From NCBI GenBank assembly GCA_050010755.1, contig JBEKKK010000001.1:1120001-1184000 (forward strand): 64,000 nt of DNA, written 5' to 3'. The notes beneath the pieces are model-generated. The model saw only the letters and a program-made list of their open reading frames with translations. It made no database searches and had not been told where the DNA came from. Source of the stretch: Candidatus Bathyarchaeia archaeon. GTDB taxonomy: Archaea > Thermoproteota > Bathyarchaeia > Bathyarchaeales > Bathycorpusculaceae. Shown piece after piece: positions 60,694-64,000 of this stretch. How positions within the stretch are numbered: position 1 is the stretch's first letter; each line of letters opens with the position of its first letter. A program made the translations under genes and the position numbers.

Positions 60694-61677
60694 TTATTTG
60701 CCATGCTTTTTAAGTGCTATCATCATCGCGACTGCCAACATGGCTATCATAATCAACAACAACGACAGAACTGTGTATTCAGGTATTACTGTGTAGTATG
60801 CGCCGATTACATTGAAACCTCCGCTGTTGTCGTAGGCCTGGATGACATAGTAGACGACCGTTCCGCCGATATACCCAGGAATCGTGCCATCGTACAACCC
60901 AGTTGTACCGTTCAGCGTCATCGCAACAGTGGAGTTGTTAATCCAACCATCGGGTGAATAGACGAGAGTAACGTTCGCAATTCCTGTGCCACTGTTGTCA
61001 GTTACCTTGACCGACACCACGACAGGCTCGCTGTCATTAACGTGGATTATGTCAGGAATCTGAGTCCATGAGCTGATTGTTGGAGGAGCAGCGTAAAAGA
61101 GTACATAGGTTGCATCGTAGAGGTTGGCCGCGGAAACGATTGTGTTTCCGTTGACATCGTCGAAGAACGTGCCTGTGGTGCCGGTATAATTGATGTCAAA
61201 AAACCCAGTAAACGGGCCTGAGGTTGCATTGGGCACCGACGTAATGTTAAACTCAACATACATCAAACTGGCGTTCTCTTCAGGTACGTAGTCATTAAAT
61301 CCTAGAAGGCTCTCGCCAAACTCTACGCTGCCGGCGTTTTGGTCAACCACCGGAGCTGGGCCTACAATGGTGTGCCCGGCAAAGTATTCGCTTGTTGTTC
61401 CGGCTGTGTAGCCACACGCCACTTCCTGAAATACTGATGCAGTGAAGTTCATTGTAACCTGCCAATCAAACGTGCCGTTCTCCATGTTAGCCCACACCGT
61501 AAGATTGAACAGGGTTCCCACACTCGCATTGTCTGTGCTATACGATACGGTCGAAGGAGACACCCACATCGAGTTAAGCAATGATCCCTGACCTCGAACT
61601 GACCTAGCAGTGAAAGACAAAGCCATGGGGGACATAAGAAGCAACGTTATAATCGTTAAACAAACAATTCTTCTCAT
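60694..61677 (-). CDS. Secreted surface glycoprotein (cohesin-like plus Ig-like) with a PEF-CTERM-like tail
   Basis: Signal peptide, many N-x-S/T sequons, C-terminal VIPEY + TM + KKHGK. Confidence 0.8.
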   Translation of the reverse strand: MRRIVCLTIITLLLMSPMALSFTARSVRGQGSLLNSMWVSPSTVSYSTDNASVGTLFNLTVWANMENGTFDWQVTMNFTASVFQEVACGYTAGTTSEYFAGHTIVGPAPVVDQNAGSVEFGESLLGFNDYVPEENASLMYVEFNITSVPNATSGPFTGFFDINYTGTTGTFFDDVNGNTIVSAANLYDATYVLFYAAPPTISSWTQIPDIIHVNDSEPVVVSVKVTDNSGTGIANVTLVYSPDGWINNSTVAMTLNGTTGLYDGTIPGYIGGTVVYYVIQAYDNSGGFNVIGAYYTVIPEYTVLSLLLIMIAMLAVAMMIALKKHGK

Positions 61678-61921
61678 GTGTACCTCCCCGTTCACATAGA
61701 AAATGCCTGAAGAATGGTTTAAGGTTAGCGGGAGCGCTGCGGAAAAATATCTGATGGCTCAGAGATCTGCAATGCATTCAGAATATCGAATTGTACCCAA
61801 GGGTGGGCCCTCAGAGATCTCTGAATCGGCATTTCAAAGATCACTGAGGAAACTATACGAGAAAAGCAGCGCCTCGAAACACAAAAATGCGTTTAAGGAG
61901 CGAGTATTTGAAAGCACACGT

Positions 61922-62377
61922 CTAGGTTTTGTCTGGGCTGAGGGCGGTGAGGATTTCGATGGCGCTCTTGACGAAGGCGGGGCATTTCTTGTTGAACAGG
62001 TTTTCTTCGCGAGCCTTCTTGCGCTGTTCTGGGTCAGAAAGGTCGAGTCCTAGGAGTTCTCGACAGATGGTGCTTCCATTCTGTTTTTCGAAGCGTCGAT
62101 AGAACGTCTCAGCGAGTTCGTAAGCGTGTGCTGCTTTTTCTGATGAGGGTTCGTTCGTTCCGTATTTTATTCCTATGGCCATCAGGCCGCCGGTTAGAGC
62201 CCCGCAGGCTGAACCGCACCTTGCCATTCCTCCGCCAAACGTGGTGGCTATTTTAGGAATCAGTTCATCCTTGCATTTCCAATATTCGGCCATGGTTAGT
62301 AGGACGCTCTGGGAGCAGTTGTAGCCGTCTTTGAAGTGTTTTGTGGCTGTTTCACTCAGCGAGTTTGAGGGATTCAT
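61922..62377 (-). CDS. C_GCAxxG_C_C family putative redox protein
   Basis: YNCSQS, FGGG, CGALTG, CRELLG, KKC. Confidence 0.88.
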   Translation of the reverse strand: MNPSNSLSETATKHFKDGYNCSQSVLLTMAEYWKCKDELIPKIATTFGGGMARCGSACGALTGGLMAIGIKYGTNEPSSEKAAHAYELAETFYRRFEKQNGSTICRELLGLDLSDPEQRKKAREENLFNKKCPAFVKSAIEILTALSPDKT

Positions 62378-62460
62378 CGGTTTCACGCCTTTCAAAGGCA
62401 GGTTGAACACAGATATCTTTTGTGAAAGCTGTTTTGCTCCTGAAGAAGGATGTTTGCAAA

Positions 62461-63519
62461 TTAGAAGTATTTCGGTATTTTTTTGATTGCGGCGACGGTG
62501 AGTTTCACGGTGTTTTCCACGTCGGTTAGGTTCAGGAGCGATGTTGGGCTGTGAATGTAACGCGTTGGTACGCAGATGCTGAGGCTCGGCACGCCCTCTT
62601 TGGCCAGAGAGATGCGGCCCGCGTCTGTTCCTCCCCCCAAGCCTGTTTCAAGCTGGTAAGGAATCTTGTTTTCCTCCGCAACTTCCGTTAACAGCCTGAG
62701 AACCTTTGGATGGGATATGTGCAGTCCGTCAGAAATCACCAGTGCTGGCCCTTTCTTGAGCTTCGTGGGGGCTTCAATCTCTTTTACCCCTGGAATGTCG
62801 CCGGCCACTGTGACATCGAGTGCGAGTCCCACGTCGGGGTATATGCCGAATGCGGCGGTTGTTGCTCCTCTGCATCCGACCTCTTCCTGTACAGTTCCCA
62901 CGGCGTAGATCGTGCACTCTGTCTTTTGCAAACACTTGAGAACTTCTATCATCGCTGCGCAACCGACCCTATCATCCATGGCCTTGCCGATCACGACATC
63001 CTTGTTGATGGCCGCAAACTTGACGTCGAACTCTACCGAGTCTCCTATTCTCACTCCCATCTTCTTGGCTTCTTCCTGAGTTGCTGCCCCGACGTCGATG
63101 AACAACTCGTCGTAGGGAATGACTCTCTTGCGTTCATCTTCCTTCTGTATGTGTGGAGGTTTCGAACCGATTATCCCATGCAGAGATCCCTTCTCGGTGT
63201 ACACCATGACCTTCTGCGCAAGCAAAACGCGGTCATCTATCCCGCCTATTTTCGCGAACTGAAGATATCCCTCTTTCGAAATCGTCTTGATCATCAAGCC
63301 TATTTCATCCATGTGGCCCGCAATCATGACTTTAGGCGCGTTCTTCGCGCCTTCCTTGATTCCGATCACGTTGCCCAGCTTGTCCTCTTTGACCTCGTCC
63401 ACGAGCGGCTTCAGCAGTTTACGCATTAGACTCCGGACTTCTTCTTCCCTGCCTGCAACTCCACAAGCATTGCAGAGCTTTTCCAAAACCTCAATGGACA
63501 CCATCACGAACCCTCTCAA
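62461..63519 (-). CDS. M42 (TET) aminopeptidase
   Basis: GHMDEIG, DDRVG, QEEVG, GGTDAG, RYIHS. Confidence 0.95.
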   Translation of the reverse strand: MRGFVMVSIEVLEKLCNACGVAGREEEVRSLMRKLLKPLVDEVKEDKLGNVIGIKEGAKNAPKVMIAGHMDEIGLMIKTISKEGYLQFAKIGGIDDRVLLAQKVMVYTEKGSLHGIIGSKPPHIQKEDERKRVIPYDELFIDVGAATQEEAKKMGVRIGDSVEFDVKFAAINKDVVIGKAMDDRVGCAAMIEVLKCLQKTECTIYAVGTVQEEVGCRGATTAAFGIYPDVGLALDVTVAGDIPGVKEIEAPTKLKKGPALVISDGLHISHPKVLRLLTEVAEENKIPYQLETGLGGGTDAGRISLAKEGVPSLSICVPTRYIHSPTSLLNLTDVENTVKLTVAAIKKIPKYF

Positions 63520-63781
63520 TGAGACCTAAAGTTATTGTGTTTCATATTTAACGTTTTTCTAAATCCCAACGTTTTCAAATGCGAGTTGGCTGAATAGTAT
63601 CCATGTGCATATCGATAACAAAGTGTCGGTTAAATCATGTCTTAACCCAATTGGCGCGCGCATCTTGCCGTGTGACAATTTGGCGGATATTTGAAGAGTT
63701 GCTATTCCGAAAAATCTTGAAGAAAGAAGCCGAAGATAGCGCTGCCCTTCCCCCCCCCCGCTCGCCTGACCTCGATACTTT

Positions 63782-64000
63782 TTAGCTTAATGGTTTGTTC
63801 AGATTCATAACCTTCCTCAATGTTAGAAGAATGGGAACTCCAACAATGAGAGAAACGACAATGACCAGTGCGTCCTCTATGAAGGAGTCGATGCCTCCAC
63901 CCACGAAGGCGGGTAACACCATGTCCTGGGTCATGCCTATGACACTGTATAACCCTGCAGGAATCAACAAGAAAACGCGAGCGAGGCCGTCTGTTGCCAC
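63782..64000 (-). CDS. C-terminal part of a membrane protein (5' end outside window)
   Basis: Frame open to the window edge; hydrophobic helices. Confidence 0.55.
   Translation of the reverse strand: MATDGLARVFLLIPAGLYSVIGMTQDMVLPAFVGGGIDSFIEDALVIVVSLIVGVPILLTLRKVMNLNKPLS

Noticed and set aside
63750-63759. C10 homopolymer as a phase-variation tract
   Set aside because: It lies just 3' of a stop codon, outside any CDS or evident promoter.

Overview
An archaeal chromosomal segment, most likely from Candidatus Bathyarchaeia (TACK). The lineage is inferred from gene content: archaeal AlaRS/LeuRS/HisRS, TiaS, Tsr3, Nop2/Nip7, RtcB plus archease, a non-catalytic EndA subunit and a PEF-CTERM-type surface protein. 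It holds about 60 CDS, mostly translation, RNA-processing and salvage genes. It also has two tRNAs with non-canonical introns (tRNA-Arg-TCT with two introns; tRNA-Gly-TCC with a 29/30 intron) and two disrupted genes. I found no CRISPR array, rRNA or recognisable transposase. Three observations stand out. (1) A dispersed non-coding element of about 80 bp occurs in four copies, with a fixed TTAC-N9-TTAC-N9-TTAC-N7-GTAA array followed by an A-tract and G-string; its orientation follows local A+C versus G+T strand skew. (2) A three-gene 2-oxoacid:ferredoxin oxidoreductase carries the oxalate-oxidoreductase signature YPIRP and a gamma-delta fusion, but has an apparent Asp-to-Asn change in the switch loop; it lies near an HTH-PRTase and a GGT/HpxW-like Ntn hydrolase, which suggests an oxamate/oxalate oxidation module. 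(3) A HAD phosphatase is fused to an isoprenoid-alcohol-kinase domain. All family calls come from motif recognition by eye; no database searches were run.
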